Assembly: GCF_000181795.1 (NCBI RefSeq)
Contig: NW_003526943.1
Span: forward strand, 11,584,007-11,648,006
Origin: Trichinella spiralis
Taxonomy: Eukaryota
Direction of reading: 5' to 3'
Length of the DNA: 64,000 nt
The notes beneath the pieces are model-generated. The model was not told the origin of the DNA. It saw nothing but the letters and a program-made list of their open reading frames with translations, and did no database searches. Made by a program: the position numbers and the translations under genes. This document shows positions 50,301 through 64,000 of the stretch, piece by piece (within the stretch, counting starts at the first letter, position 1; every line of letters begins with the position of its first letter).

Positions 50301-52423
50301 GCTTTGAATTTTTTGAAATAAAAAGGTTTAAATAAATTTTTCAAATACAAGTGACTAAAATAAGGAAAATTTAGGAAAATCCTACAAATTAAGTGGACTA
50401 GACTGATGCATATTTGAAGTATAATTTTCTGATCGCTTCAAGTCAATTTACCTTCTGGAAATATTTCAAATCACTGACAAATCTGTGATGTGAATGGCAT
50501 GGGAAAAAGAAAAATTGTTCAATTAATTTTTCTTTTAGCCACAATAATAATAATAATAATAATAATAGTAATAGTAATGGCAATTTGAAATGCACATGTT
50601 TCTGATCGGAGAAACAATGACGTACATCTGATGACTCAAATAAACTCTAAGACATTTTAAATGCGAGGGAGTTTTATAAATTTCATGCCAAACTAAATCT
50701 AATTGCTATTTTTAGAGATAATTTTATTCGAATTTGTTTGATTGCATTCACTCATAATCCAATCAGTTATTCATAATACATTCATAAATATTACTTGCCA
50801 CAATTTGACAATATATAATATTTTTTATTAATTTATTTAAATTATATAAAACGCTTCTTGTTGAAATATAGTTGTTGCAAATCAAGCAAATACACGTAGG
50901 TAGATAAATGTATGAACGTTAATGAATGAAATTAAAAAGAAACATACAGATCAGTCATGGTCGAAAAATAAATTCCTTACGCTTCAACAGTTATCAGTTA
51001 TCAGTAGGAAAATATTTCCTGTGTTAAGTTTTACTGGATGCTTATTTTCTGTTCAAATTGCCTCATATTCCTATCATACATTGTCTGAAGAATTCTTAAT
51101 TATTTACATATGCATGTACTATTGCTTAAAATTCCTTATTTTTAAATAATAAAAAGTATTTTTATATATTTAAATAAACTTTTGATCAATTGTTTAAACT
51201 GCTGACAGTGAATGCCTAAGAGAAACAAAAAACAGTTTAAATGTAAAATGCAATTGTCTTCTATATGAAGAGAAAGAAATCGATCAATAGAGCAGAGATG
51301 CTTTTCTCGTCTCACAAGATTTCAAACATTTCTCTCTGTGAAGGGATTTCCATTTTGCAATGAAATTTCCCTCTCAAACAGAGATTATTACCATGATACT
51401 ATTTGGTGAAAAAATACTACAGAGAGAAGACAATTACCCTTGAGATTAAGGTAAATTTGTCTGACAAGCATATTCAATTTAAATTTAAAAAATGGAAACA
51501 AGAAATACTATGCCCTTCGTTGCTTATGGATAAATTTTGAAAATTTTAAAGAAAATAAAAAAACATTGAAATAAAGACAAATTCGCAAATGACATGTAGA
51601 TTATCTTATTAAATTTTTTTAATTAATTCAATAAAATTTTCAATTAAATTTGGCTTTTCAAGGGGAAACTTTTTCTGTTGCTTTGTGTTTCATCAGCTAT
51701 ACCATTTCATTATATACATACATGTATATATTACACAAGTACGTATGACATGCATATTTTTATTTTTATTTTTTTCACAGAAGTGTGTACGAGTAAATTT
51801 TCAACATAAAATTAAAAAAAAGAGAATAATTTCATTAAAAATGCAACTTTCCAATAAATATTAAACATTAAACAAACAGATTATAAATTTAAATATTATT
51901 GTTTCGTCGAATTGAAAATCAGTCAAAACGATCAACTTACGCATGTTTTAGTAAATGCTTTTTCCGCTTTGTTATAAAAACAGGTCTACTGCGCTTAAAT
52001 ACGTTCAACTGCCGCAAAGCTAAGTTAAATTTTGCAACGTTCCTCCAACACCACACAAGTGCTTGTTAATCACTGAGAAAATTTCTACCAAGTTTTATGA
52101 AAATTAGCCTTTATAAAAGTGTTATTCTAACTAATAATCCCGATATGTCTCTTCTTAAATATAATATTAACATGTAAAATTATTTAAACTCGACAAATGT
52201 TTGAAATTGATAGAAAAAATTATGCACATATAGCATACCCTGCTTGGCCATTAGCAGAATTTTTGAACATGGCCACGTCGTAGCCAAACATGGATTTACG
52301 ATCACCACGATGGATTAATTTTGTGCGTAGGTCGAGATTGAAGCCATCTGCTAAGGTAGCAAGCAGTATAACGAGAAGGCAAGTCATAGGTTGCCAATTC
52401 CAATAGAGAAGCATTGTTGCCAT
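44333..52423 (-). CDS. pat-2: Integrin alpha chain (RGD-binding PAT-2/PS2-like, no I domain); multi-exon
   Basis: It has a signal peptide followed by FNLD, FG-GAP repeats (LLIGAPK, QWFGATV, GSCMAGFSA, YIGAPGAWYWQG, GSYFGAALAVGDFNDDG, DIAIGAP, DIDNNDYPDVLVGA), CGKDNICIPDL and CDVGNPL. A furin site RVKR, a TM segment and GFFKRKRPP follow. The specific orthology is less certain than the family call. Confidence 0.93.
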
Positions 52424-55400
52424 TCGTTGAACGCTTTGATGGACGCGTATTATTTTAATCACAGACTTCGAATAAGACGATGATGATGAAGAAGAAGCAG
52501 TTTGCCTATCCAAAATTGAGCATATCTCCTAACCAACCAATAACGTTGTTAAGCTGTCAAAGTAGAATTACTGAAATGAAAAATACAGACAATTAAGAAT
52601 AGTGGGAAAGTGAATATTTTCACTGAAATATCATAAAACCACGAAAGAGGGCGATGGACCCAAGCGCGAAGGCAAAATGAAGTGAAGAAATGCGAAGAGT
52701 CATCGTAGGATTGGCAGGCAGCACGTCAACAGCGACAGCTGACATAAAGCCGAAGAGAAAAAAGCGCCTGCTTGCTTTTAGAAAACTCAGACAGCCCGTG
52801 TGCATTATATACTTCTTCCCCTAATAACACATGCTTTCTGATTGGCAACTGCTATAACTGATCCAAACAAACCAATCCACCACCAGTATCACTATTATTA
52901 CTATTACTGCAGCTACTATTTCTGCTGCTGTTCCTACTGCTACTACTGCTATTACTACTACACTACACATTTGCAATATATATATATGTTATATATTATT
53001 GAATAAACTAAACTTAAAATTATATTTTGAAAAAAGTATCTAAAAATTAACAATTATCTGAAAATAAGAAAAATTATCCATTTATTTTGAAATATATAAA
53101 TTTTTATGCTTTCCTAGTATTTGTATCTACTGAGAGAAGGATACAATGCTCAAATGTTGGGTCAGACGGTCAAGCGGTCAGCTACATAGTGCGCTTCTGC
53201 TGCACAGTCTCATTATATTACTTCACTCGCCAGCTGCACCGTGATCAGATTTACATACGACATTCATTTTATTCTTGCAATTTTTCCATTTCAATTAAAT
53301 ATGGTCAATGATAATTTTCCCATAGTATGCATAGTTATATGGCAAAATTATTTTTAATAATAAAAAATATTGATTTCCATTGTAATTGTAAGAAAGAAAG
53401 CTGTTGTTGTTTTAGTAGAACTCGTTATTTTATTAAAAATTATTTCTTTGAAATAAATATTACCATAATAAAGTAAGTCAATCAGTTAGAAATTGGTAAA
53501 AAGAGTAATCTTTCACACTACATTCATTTTCCATTTTCATCAAATTTAACTTATATGCATTTTAATTTATATTTTTGCCTACTTTTAAATAGTAGAAACT
53601 AATTTCTCATTTTTTCTTTTCTTTGTTTGAAATCAAAATTTATCGAAATTAATAATTCCAATCATACTGTATCACATAACTGCATTGTTTTTATTGCAAA
53701 ATATAAAATTCATTTTTTAAATAATGCATTATTTTTCGAAGAAAAACATAACAGAAGAGAAAATCTGAGAAAACAACACACTCCAAATGTTCCTTATTCT
53801 CAGTTCAATAAGATGAAAAGTGAATGCAGAAACAATTCTTTAGCCTTTTTTTTAAATAGGCATATGCAGAGCTGATGAGCAGATTGAGAATATTTTGAAA
53901 GAGTACTTCATGCAAAACGATACAATTAATTAATTATTCAATGAGTGTGCATTTTTCGACAACAATCAGTTGAACATTAGCACAAAAAATAGCATACCAA
54001 AAAAAAAATTACCTTAGTATAAATTGTATAAAATGTTACAAAACTGCGACATGAGATATGAGAAAAACCAAAAAATTTAACTAATCAAATAATATTAAAT
54101 TATTTTTGTAAGAAAAAAAATTAATTTCATTTGCATTCATCATTTTAAATTCAACAAGTTACTTCCTGATGTAAAAGGAGGAGGAAGAAGAAGCAAAAAA
54201 TTGCAAAAAATAACACGTGCAAATTGCAAATCTGATACAAACAAAAAAAATAAAAGAAATACAAAACAAAGAAATAAAAATAATGAATATTTTGATAAAT
54301 AAGCAAATTTGCAATTAATGCAAATGCAGAAAGTTGAAAAGTGGAGAAACTTTTGTAGAGCATGTTTAGGCAAGTAAAAGCAAACACACGCAAACATCGA
54401 AGCTAATGACAACAATGTCACGTAATTGACCGTTAAAGTCAGTTACGTGGAAAGGTGTAACAGGCAGGTAAAATAGTGTAGTTGTGCGCATTCAGTTTCA
54501 GAATTCAATTCCAACTTTGCTGACAAAAGAGACCAAGTTTGAAAAGAGGACCTTGGAAATATGCACAAAAGCTGGTCGCCCAATATTAGCCTCGCTTCAA
54601 TCAAGCTCACATTGAAAAATAAAGAATGCCATATTTTATGCATATTTCTTCGATTGCCGGAAATATACTGAAAATTGAAGGACACCTGCCGAGTTATAAA
54701 GACGCAAACAACTAACTGAACTTCAACTATTAAAAAGCTAATGATTTTAAATAAAACTTGAAATTTTTAAAAATTGCATAAAGCAAAAATTATAATTATT
54801 TTTTTGCAAACGTTCAACTGCATCAAAAGAAAAACCAAAAAAAAACATTCTATTATTGCTGCTTTTGTTTATTTCTCAAAATAAAAGCAATAAACAGTTT
54901 AATGTTATTGATGTAAAACAATATATATATATATTGCTTCCCAGATGCACGTGAGATGCGATGAAATATTGCAAAAATATACAATGATAATAAATAACTA
55001 TTTCAGCTTTATTCCACTCGATTAGTCAATCCCAATGACAACTTTTGCAATTATTATTATTATTATTATCTTGAAACGATTTTGTAAATGGTTAAGAATA
55101 ATAAATCTGTAAGATGTGAACATTCATTGTAAACACCTTAATTGGAAATCTGTTTTTTCTTTATTTTAAATTAAGCAAAAACATCCCTTTTTCCATATAA
55201 ATTCGATGGAATGCGTTAAGTTGCTGAAAATTATTGATCAATCATCATATTATAACTGTACTGTTATTTTTTATTCGCGTATTTTTTTAAAGCACTATAT
55301 CATAATTCATACATCAGGTATGCGTGCAAATGCAAATTTGCAGCATGTCAAGTAATCAATTAATCGATGCTTATAAATTAAATATTACCCAGAAAATGCA

Positions 55401-56789
55401 AATTAAGCTAAAAATAGTTGAGTTGAAAACTGACATAGAAAGCTGTGTGTGACAATTTTTGCTTCAATGTTTCTTATTACATTAAACACCACTACATTAC
55501 TACAGCACGGTAGTAGAAAATTTTATTTTAAAATAATAATAAGTGATGAATGAAAGTGATTTTAAAAAATTACAATCATTATATATGGACAATATTATTA
55601 TTGAACTGTAAAAGTATGTACGCGATTCAATTGTATTATAAATCTTATATAATGTATATTTCAATAAGTGCATATGAAATGTTGGCAAGAAATGAATTTC
55701 ATGTGAATAAAAAAGAAATAATTGTTTGAAAATTACCATAGAAGCAGAAATGATGTTGTTTGATCATGGTGAAGAAACGTCAAAAAGATGGACGGATGGA
55801 GAAAATGAAGAACCAGAAGATGGGCAATATTTTCAAAGAATTAAACTGTCAATGCAAACTGTTCATATTGAAAAGAAATTGTCATTTAAGTTAACCTTTG
55901 CAACCGGCCCGCCAACGCTTGCTTTTCCGCTTAATCGTAGTACTGAGGGAGTGTGAGAGAGTTTAGCTATTTTCAATAGCAACGTTCAAAATAAGCAACC
56001 CGAAAAGCACAGCAATTGGGAAAAAGCACACACCAATTGTGCCAGATGAAGAGCCTTTTTGATGATAAGCTGATTCAAAAATTAAAAATGATATTTAATT
56101 GAGAAATTGTTGCACATCACGGTCAACTCGATCATCCCACAAATTAGCTAACTTGAAAACTTGACGTGAAGAAAAAAGCCTCAATCGATGAATTTCAGTT
56201 CAACTGAATCACAGAGTTAAAGTATATAAATGGAAATTTGAACGGTGGGCCTTGCAAACAAGCATCGATCTTGTGCCTCTTTCCTTCCTTCCGCATCCCA
56301 ATCAGCCAATGCATAATAAGCACAACAGCATACATCTATCTCTTTGTTCCCATTCTTCCAAACTTTCCAACTTACCATATTCTGGGCATAGCATGGCTTG
56401 GCTTAGCTCACAATCGACACCAACTGTTCCAAAAATAGATTATGCACTTTCAAGAAAAAACAATAAAACAACAAATACACTACAACAAAATCAAATAAAT
56501 ACAAATACAATGCAACAACCACAACAACAAATAAATAGCCTAAATTCAAATTTAAAAAGCATACATGCAAATAAACATATATTTGCAAATTTATTAAAAT
56601 TTCAAAATTGCAAAATATGATGATGGCAAAAAAATGATTAACAAAAGGCACTGCATATGATATCTATTTGATAGATAATGTTAAATATTTCTGTTATTAC
56701 ACACGCACATATAAATAAATAAATGAATAAATATATATAGAGAGAGAGAATACACAAACAATGAATAACCTGCTAAAATAATGCGTGAG

Positions 56790-59700
56790 CTACTTTTCAT
56801 TGAGCAGCGATAATTTTTTCCTGCCCTTGGGCAGCAACATCTGCTGAAGATGCAATGTAAACAGAACTGCCATTGCAGCGCATTTCAAATAATTGACTCC
56901 ATTGCGACGTATTTTTCGCGTCTTCAACGCGCACAAATGACAAAGTGATTTTTCCAAATGTTGCTGCTGTTGCTGTTCACTTGGGTACAACTTTCTCTGA
57001 ACATCCCAATTTTGCCAAATCAAACGATCCAACTGAAACAAAAGTACAACAAACAAACAAATACAATGCTTAAAACAAATATGATTGTGCAGTTTACAAA
57101 AATCTAAACCAACAGTTCAAATTACAAAAAACCCCACTCACATATACAAAATTATACACTCACTATTCTGCTTTATACGGTCAGCTTTTAAAGCTTGTGT
57201 TACAGAAAATGAAATTTACCTCTCGTTTCGAAGAGTCCCTTTGACAATCATGACAATGCAAACAGGTAGGCACGAATAAATTGAATGCAGAACTTAAATT
57301 ATAACTAAAAACAATTGCATCTTTAAGTTAAAAAATTCCGTCACTTCACTGTCAAGCAGAGCTAATACAAAGCTATCTGACGATACATAATATACAAACT
57401 GATACAGTTCATAATGAAACACAATATCGGCAAATTTTGCAAACCGCAAACAAATCACAGACACACACACACACAATGCATAAAGCATAATTAGTGTATA
57501 AAAATGAAAATTTAAATTAAAAAAAACCATAAGCAGAATGCTTTTTTCAATCAGCCTCCGGCACAAATTTGCTTACTGCAAACCCAACGGTTCAGGTGAA
57601 ATAGGATTATTGCGAGGTGATTTTTGCAAATGTTCCAACAGAAGCTGTGAATCGGCTTTCAATTCCACTTTTTCTTCACGCAATTTGTTCGCCTCGGTCA
57701 AAAGCATATCGCGTTCTTTTTGAAGTCGGCGATTCAGTATCACTTCTTCGTCAAAACTTTCACGAAGAACCTAACATTTTTCAACATCAACGCATCTTGA
57801 ATAATGTAAATCAAAAAAAAATATAACCATTAATAAATAATGATTTAATTAAGTAATTATTAATCACATTAAATAAACAACATACAATAAACTTTATCTA
57901 GTTAATCGTATATTTTAGATTTTTTAAACATTTAAATTATATTTAACATGATAATAAAATTTACTTTTATAACGCGAACAGATTCAGCATGCAAAAGTTG
58001 GTGCATTCTTGAAGAACTTTCCGCATCTCGATTCAATTGTTTGTATCTTTCTACAACGTCCGAATATTTCATTCTACAGTCGAGCAGCTCTTGGAAAAGT
58101 TTGTCAGTTTTGATCCGCAATTCCACGCAAGTAGCCCGCTCGTCACCAATCAGCTTGTTCAAATGCAAATTTCGTTCACGCATCTCCTTCATCTCTTCCT
58201 TATGTCGAGACATCTCTCTCATGCGATTTTCATTTGCCGCTTGTAAATTGTTCATCAATCGATTATTATAATCTCGCAACTGTTGCATTTCACCTTTACA
58301 TATTTGAAAATTAATCGTCAAAAATTTTTTAAACAACAACTACAAAATCTTCCCCTTCAAGTAATCAATAGAAATAGACAAATTTACTTACTTTTCAACT
58401 GCATCACGCGTAAATCTTGACTAAGTAAATCATCTGCAAGCTTAAATAGAAATTTAATTATCACAAAAAAAGCTGTGTATAAGGAATTTCTCTTTTTGAA
58501 ACACTACACTGGATTTAGCGGGAGATGTTGCATCGTTGGCATCAAATTCGCCGGATGTTTTCTTCACCACAACAGTTTCGTCTCTAGCAGCAGGATCGAA
58601 ATTATTGGAAAGATCCACTACAGGCAACGTTTTTTGTAAAGTAGATTTTTCAGATTCATTCACCGATAGCAAAGGCGTTTTGATAATCTTATTATCAAAG
58701 TTGCACTGTTTCAAGACTGCTTCGAAATCATTCAAATCTGTACTAGCAACATAAGCGCTGCATAAAACATTCCTGACCGTCCCTGTCAGTGCATCCCACA
58801 GTGAAGTCATGTTCTCGCAATCAACTGTTGTACACAACTCTTCAACTGTAAAATATACAACAATTTTACAAAGAACCGAAAAAATACCGCTCAAATTTAC
58901 TACCAAGACGCATACGCAGTCGATCGCGTAGCTGATTCAGCTCGTCATTAAATTTACAGCACGTATCATCATATTGAGCTTTTGCATTTTCCTTCAATTT
59001 CAAATAAACAACAAGAATAAATTAAATTCAATTAAAAAATCTCAAAATTGCAATCTTTTACCTTCCACTGTTGGAATTCCACTGCCAACAGTTGCAATTG
59101 TTCATTAGCTCGAGTATAATTTTGTTCGAGTTGAATTATTTTCGCACTTTGATTTTCCTTAAATATAAACATCTTTCATTAATAACTTTTCCAAAAAAAA
59201 ACTATTAACGTTATTAAAAGTAATTTTCAGGAAACAGTTACCTTCTCTTTCAACGTCTGATCCAATACATGTTCCAAATCGCTTATTTTATCCCTGAGAT
59301 TGATATTCTCCTCTTCTTTTTCTTTCATTTTCGAACGATAATCTTCTGTTTTCGATTTTTGACTCTCGTATGCTTTCTAGAATGCACGAAATGGGTAAAA
59401 TTTCAAAGAAAAAAAAAAGAAAATCTGATTTCAAAGCATTCTCACATGATTTCGAAAAAAAACAACATTATATAAATAATAAATTCTACTTTTTGATAAT
59501 TTTTTTTAAAATTAAAATTACTTCTGAAATACAATGTGAACAGATGTAAAAAATTTTGAAATTACAATTTATACCTGAACATCTTTTACTGCGCTAACGT
59601 GAACTTCCATTTGCGACAGTGTGGATTGCAAGCGTTCAATTTCTTCTTTTTTCTTTTTAAGTTTATAACGCAACACTGGTTCATTACAGCCAGCATCCTG

Positions 59701-62700
59701 GGCAAACAAAAAATTAAAGTCAATCAAAACAAATTTTCATAATTTTAAATAAGAATTCAAAGTAAACTTTTCCATTGCAAATCTTACTTACGTCCAAATC
59801 GCACTGTTCATTGTAATAATTCAATTGCATCGCTTTGTTGTACAATTCTGCACGACAACTTTTCAACTCCTCTTTCAAGGTGTCAATCTGAATGGAATGG
59901 AAAATGAAATTCCATTCATCTCCAGGATGGAATGACAAAAATATTTCAATTAAAATTTTGAAAAAAAACAAATTTTACAAACCTGCATTTCATTTTCTTT
60001 CTCTTTCAATCGGAACAGTTCCAATTGTTGTTCAGCATCTCGGAGACGATTCACGACAGTATTATCACCAGCAAATGACAATTTGTCGCATTTAATTTGC
60101 AACGAAGCATTCTCCTGCTTTGCGTCATACAACTGTTTGGTCATCAGTGCTTTCTCTGTTCTCAAAGCCTTAAAAAATGCAAAATATTTTTTTTGTAAAT
60201 TATGCACGGAACAGATGAAAACAAAACATAAATTCCAATATTCATCATTTTCTACATCATTCTCTTGGCCAAGTTTCCATTTTTCGCTGCGCAATGCGTT
60301 GTATTGTTCTTTCAGTTCATGCATTTCATTTTGCAATTGTTCACATTCTTCGAATTTTTTTTCCAACATCTAAAATTGTATCCTATTCATGTTCATGCAC
60401 AATTGTCAACAATAAATTCTCTCTGTACTTCATTAGATTTTTCAACAGTTGTACAGCTAATATTTTTATTGTCTTGCATTTCATTCATCAAATCCACCCC
60501 ATCGACGGATAATGATGATTCTGAAAGGCCACTTTTAATCATTGCCTCTTTCAGCTTGCGTTCCAAATTTTCTATGCGTTCGACATTCTTGCGATGTTCT
60601 TCTTCATGTTCCAAAGCTTGATCCTGAAACAGTTTAATTTGCTTAAATTTCCATTTTCAATTGATCAAATTTATACAAATTGAGCATTGAAAAAACTTAC
60701 TTGCATAAACACTTTCGATTTATTCAACATTCCTTCCAAAGCGATCACTTGAGCACTGTATTCTTCCAATTTTTCCTTGGCGCTGTTCTCTTGTTGAGCA
60801 TGCAGTTGCTCTTTTGCACTGAGTTCAGCTTCAAGTTCGTCGATCTGTTTCTGCAATCGACACTGATTTCCAAGCGTTCTCTCACTGAGCTTTTCCAATA
60901 TACGATACGTTTTTCTCCTGGTACCTTTGTTTATTAAAAAATAAAAAATTCAAAAATTTGAAAAAAAAATACATCCATCAAATGATTCACTTGATTTAAT
61001 AGGATCCAAATCTTCATCTTCTTCGTTCCACTGCAGTCGGGAATTATTATCAATCAGATGAATCATCTGATCCAGCAAAGCAATTTCAGCTGCTTGGATA
61101 GCTTCCAATCGGTTGTTTATTTCAGAATTGTCGTTCAAATTTGCTAAAATTACTTGGCATTATTATTATTTTACAAATATTTAAAAAGCCAACGCTCTTA
61201 TTGTCGTCGAAAGCAGGTAACATTCAGCGAAATGTACACAACACATTAAATGCAAAGTGGAGAGAGTTAGTTCTACTAAATAGCTGCCTACTGCTTTGCC
61301 AGTAGAGGAGAATAGGAAAGACAGACACTTTTCCTCTCTGCTCTTCATTATTATAGAAAACAATCGTTTATTTTGTTACATAACAAAAATAAATACAATC
61401 TAGTAAATATTCAAATAAAACTTCTCATCATGCATTCAAAAGAAAAAGAAGAAAATCACCATTCCAACAAAAAAAATTATATTGCATCAAACATATTCTT
61501 TTGCTTTACTATTCTTAAAATAATACACAACTATTAATTATAATTTTGCAATTTGAAATAAATCCATCTCAGAGTCTACAAAAACTATTTTTTAAATCAA
61601 ATTATGCTTTTCATTTATCCATAAACCAAAAAAGAAAACATATATTAAAATTAATAACGTTTCAAAAAATAACGCGCTTGTATTATATAAAAAGAGTTTA
61701 ATAAATTTGTGACAGAAAAAAGTATCAACCAATATTTTATTTGAAAATATGTTCTAATGGAAAAAAGCTTTAACTGTATGGAAAGGAAATATTTTTTGCA
61801 TACTGTATTACTGAATTACGTGGAGATATAAGTGTTTTTTTTACCTTCGACGCATTTATCTCGATATTCATTAGTTGAAGCTTTTCTGTTGTGGGAGATC
61901 ATTTCACATTTCTATTAAAATACCAAAAAAAATAATTTAATCTATCAAAATCATAATGGTTTAAATACAAACCAAATCTCCGTTTTCGTTGCCTCTCAAT
62001 CGAAGCTCACATTTCAAAGCTTGCAATTCAGAACGAAGCATCATCACTTGTTCGACAAGTTCAGTTTCATAATAAGTTGCATCTTGAGCCGTTGTCTGAG
62101 CATTCGCAGATTGCAATTGAGCAGCTTTGGAAACTGATGCCATCGTGGATTTCAAATTTGCATCGTCAGCCAGAAGATTGAGCATCAAATCCAATCGCTG
62201 AAGCGCCTCTTTGCGTTCAGCCAGCAGACGACTCTGCACCATCAAGCATTCCAAAAAACAGTTGAACCAGGGAAACTCGCTCTGCCACTGATCTACGACA
62301 ATACAACAACTGCTACCATCACCGTTGCCATTTTCATTACTGCACTGATCGATTATTGGATTTTCACCAATGCTGCCGTATTCATTTTCCTCGTTGATTA
62401 GCTGCTGCTTCTCATTGCATGCGATTTTTTCACCTTCCAAAAATGCAATTTTGTAATGGCTTTTGTCCGGCTCATATCGTCCATTCGACCATGCTTGCGT
62501 GTTTCTCTCATTGGCCTGAAAGCATAAATGACGCACAAAGCGCACCAGCCAATCATCGCCGTCGACCCGCCATCGAGAATCACCACCACCAATAGCCTCT
62601 TTGTACCAGCAGTAAAGAGGTTCAAATTCGAGCAACACGCGCAACTTCTGCAACTCGCCGATCAGTTTAACAAACGCTGGAGATGTGCCCTGCTCTTGAT

Positions 62701-62806
62701 TCGACGTCCCGTTGGCGAGACTGTCTTCGCTTGAAGTGTCCACACCACAGGCCACGCCTTCCGATGCAGAGCCGTCCGCCGAGTCCCCACTGGTGGATCG
62801 GTGCAT
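56790..62806 (-). CDS. Long coiled-coil protein with a possible PACT-like C-terminus; multi-exon, including a 19-nt microexon at 57220-57238
   Basis: A chain of GT-AG exons, phase-checked at the junctions I examined, encodes heptad-rich E/K/Q/L segments (e.g. RLQKQIDELEAELSAKEQL, IENLERKLKE, MQQLRDYNNRLMNNLQ). It ends ...NGVNYLKCAAMAVLFTLHLQQMLLPKGRKKLSLLNEK*. The start is uncertain. Confidence 0.8.
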
Positions 62807-63166
62807 TTCTTTCAATTTTACGACTCTACTTCAAAACTATGCAAAAAAATTCACATTATCATTTCAGTACATCTAACTGAGCATACACGGACATTTACAC
62901 TAACTACAATTGCAACACTGTATATGTTATCATCGTACGGTATTTCAAATTAAAATTTTCCTCGTCCAATATACAAAATTATCTTCAAATCACAATAAAC
63001 AAAACACAACTGCACACTGAACAGTGCTGACAAAATGATGCCTGATTGAATACAGTATACAATTAACAATTTTCAAATTAACGTCTCATGAAAATAAAAA
63101 CTTAACTTACCGCTACTCCAGGTAAGAGAAAATGAAAAAAAATACGTGTGCATGTGTGCAACAAAG

Positions 63167-63167
<1 letters not shown>

Positions 63168-63201
<34 letters not shown>
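63168..63201. repeat. (CA)n(TA)n compound microsatellite
   Basis: Seen directly in the sequence. Confidence 0.9.
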
Positions 63202-64000
63202 AGCAAGTTGCTTTTCGCAATTAATAACTGAAAATTGAAACATAAAAAGATGAAGAAAATGTTTCTGCTATTAAAAAGTTGTCCATATTTTTCAGCAAAT
63301 CCTCTACAGATGTTGTTGCAGAAGTGAGCAAAGTGAACGCGGATATTTCGAGAAGAGCAGCCGTGCGCTGTGGCCACTGATAAGTGCAACAACTTTGCAA
63401 GAAAGCAAGTCAATAAAAATGCAAAGATAAAACTTCAACCAAAAAGGCCACTTAATCATCGAACATCACCTCATATAAACAGCTGTGGTCATTCGTAATT
63501 CGGAATCGAAATAGAATATATTTTGAAAAAAAATATATTAAAACATCCAATTTAATACATAATGATACCTTACAAATTTCATAAAAAAATTTAAAACTTT
63601 AAATTAGAGCACTATAAAATAATCAATCAATCATAATGAAATTAAAAATATTTCCTGTATGTATCAAAATTTTAATATTGAAAACGCTATTCCAAAATAT
63701 TTGTACTTAAGTGAAAATAAAAAAAAATCAAATTGCTGAGAAGAAAAATTAAAACTACATTATAAAATATTTTAACACAAAATTATCTGGCTTAAAAATT
63801 ATTTCCAAACAACACATACCAAAATCAACCTGTCTGTATTCAATAAGCCAAAATTAGAAATGGTATACTGTTATGAATATAATCAAGAAATGTGGTAAAA
63901 TTTTTTTGAATGTTTTAATTTCAATGTTCCAAAAAATAATTATTTATTAATTTCAGCTTAAATTTATAACTATTCAATTATTTTGAAGTAATATTTTATT

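Noticed and set aside
53872..53910. Hammerhead-like CTGATGA...GAAA core (also at ~38511)
   Set aside because: The required stems II and III cannot form.
55726..55956. 76-aa + strand ORF next to a GC-rich patch
   Set aside because: There is no recognisable homology and no consistent exon partners. It is more likely regulatory or intergenic.

Overview
AT-rich eukaryotic genomic DNA with many short (~50-70 nt) GT-AG introns and TTTCAG/TTTTAG acceptors. This style and the gene set suggest a clade I nematode such as Trichinella (inference only). I reconstructed eleven protein-coding loci by hand-splicing: RPL23A (+), TRMT44 (-), a TLC-domain membrane protein (-), HAT1 (-), an Arg/Ser-rich protamine-like ORF pair (+), TTC30/IFT70/dyf-1 (-), an orphan secreted Cys-containing glycoprotein (+), intronless PMVK (+) directly upstream of SNAP29 (+), a PDE2-type phosphodiesterase (+), an integrin alpha (-) and a long coiled-coil protein with a possible PACT-like C-terminus (-). 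No CRISPR array, transposase, tRNA or rRNA was recognisable, and I cannot claim a demonstrated new biological system. The best leads are the PMVK/SNAP29 shared-leader or operon arrangement, the protamine-like gene split by an ATGA overlap, a ~240-bp island at 25.0-25.25 kb with outward-facing splice donors and U1-like motifs, a hairpin-rich GC island at 27.5 kb, the remodelled PDE2 GAF domain, an NPxY motif in the alpha-integrin tail, and the possible pericentrin-like protein.
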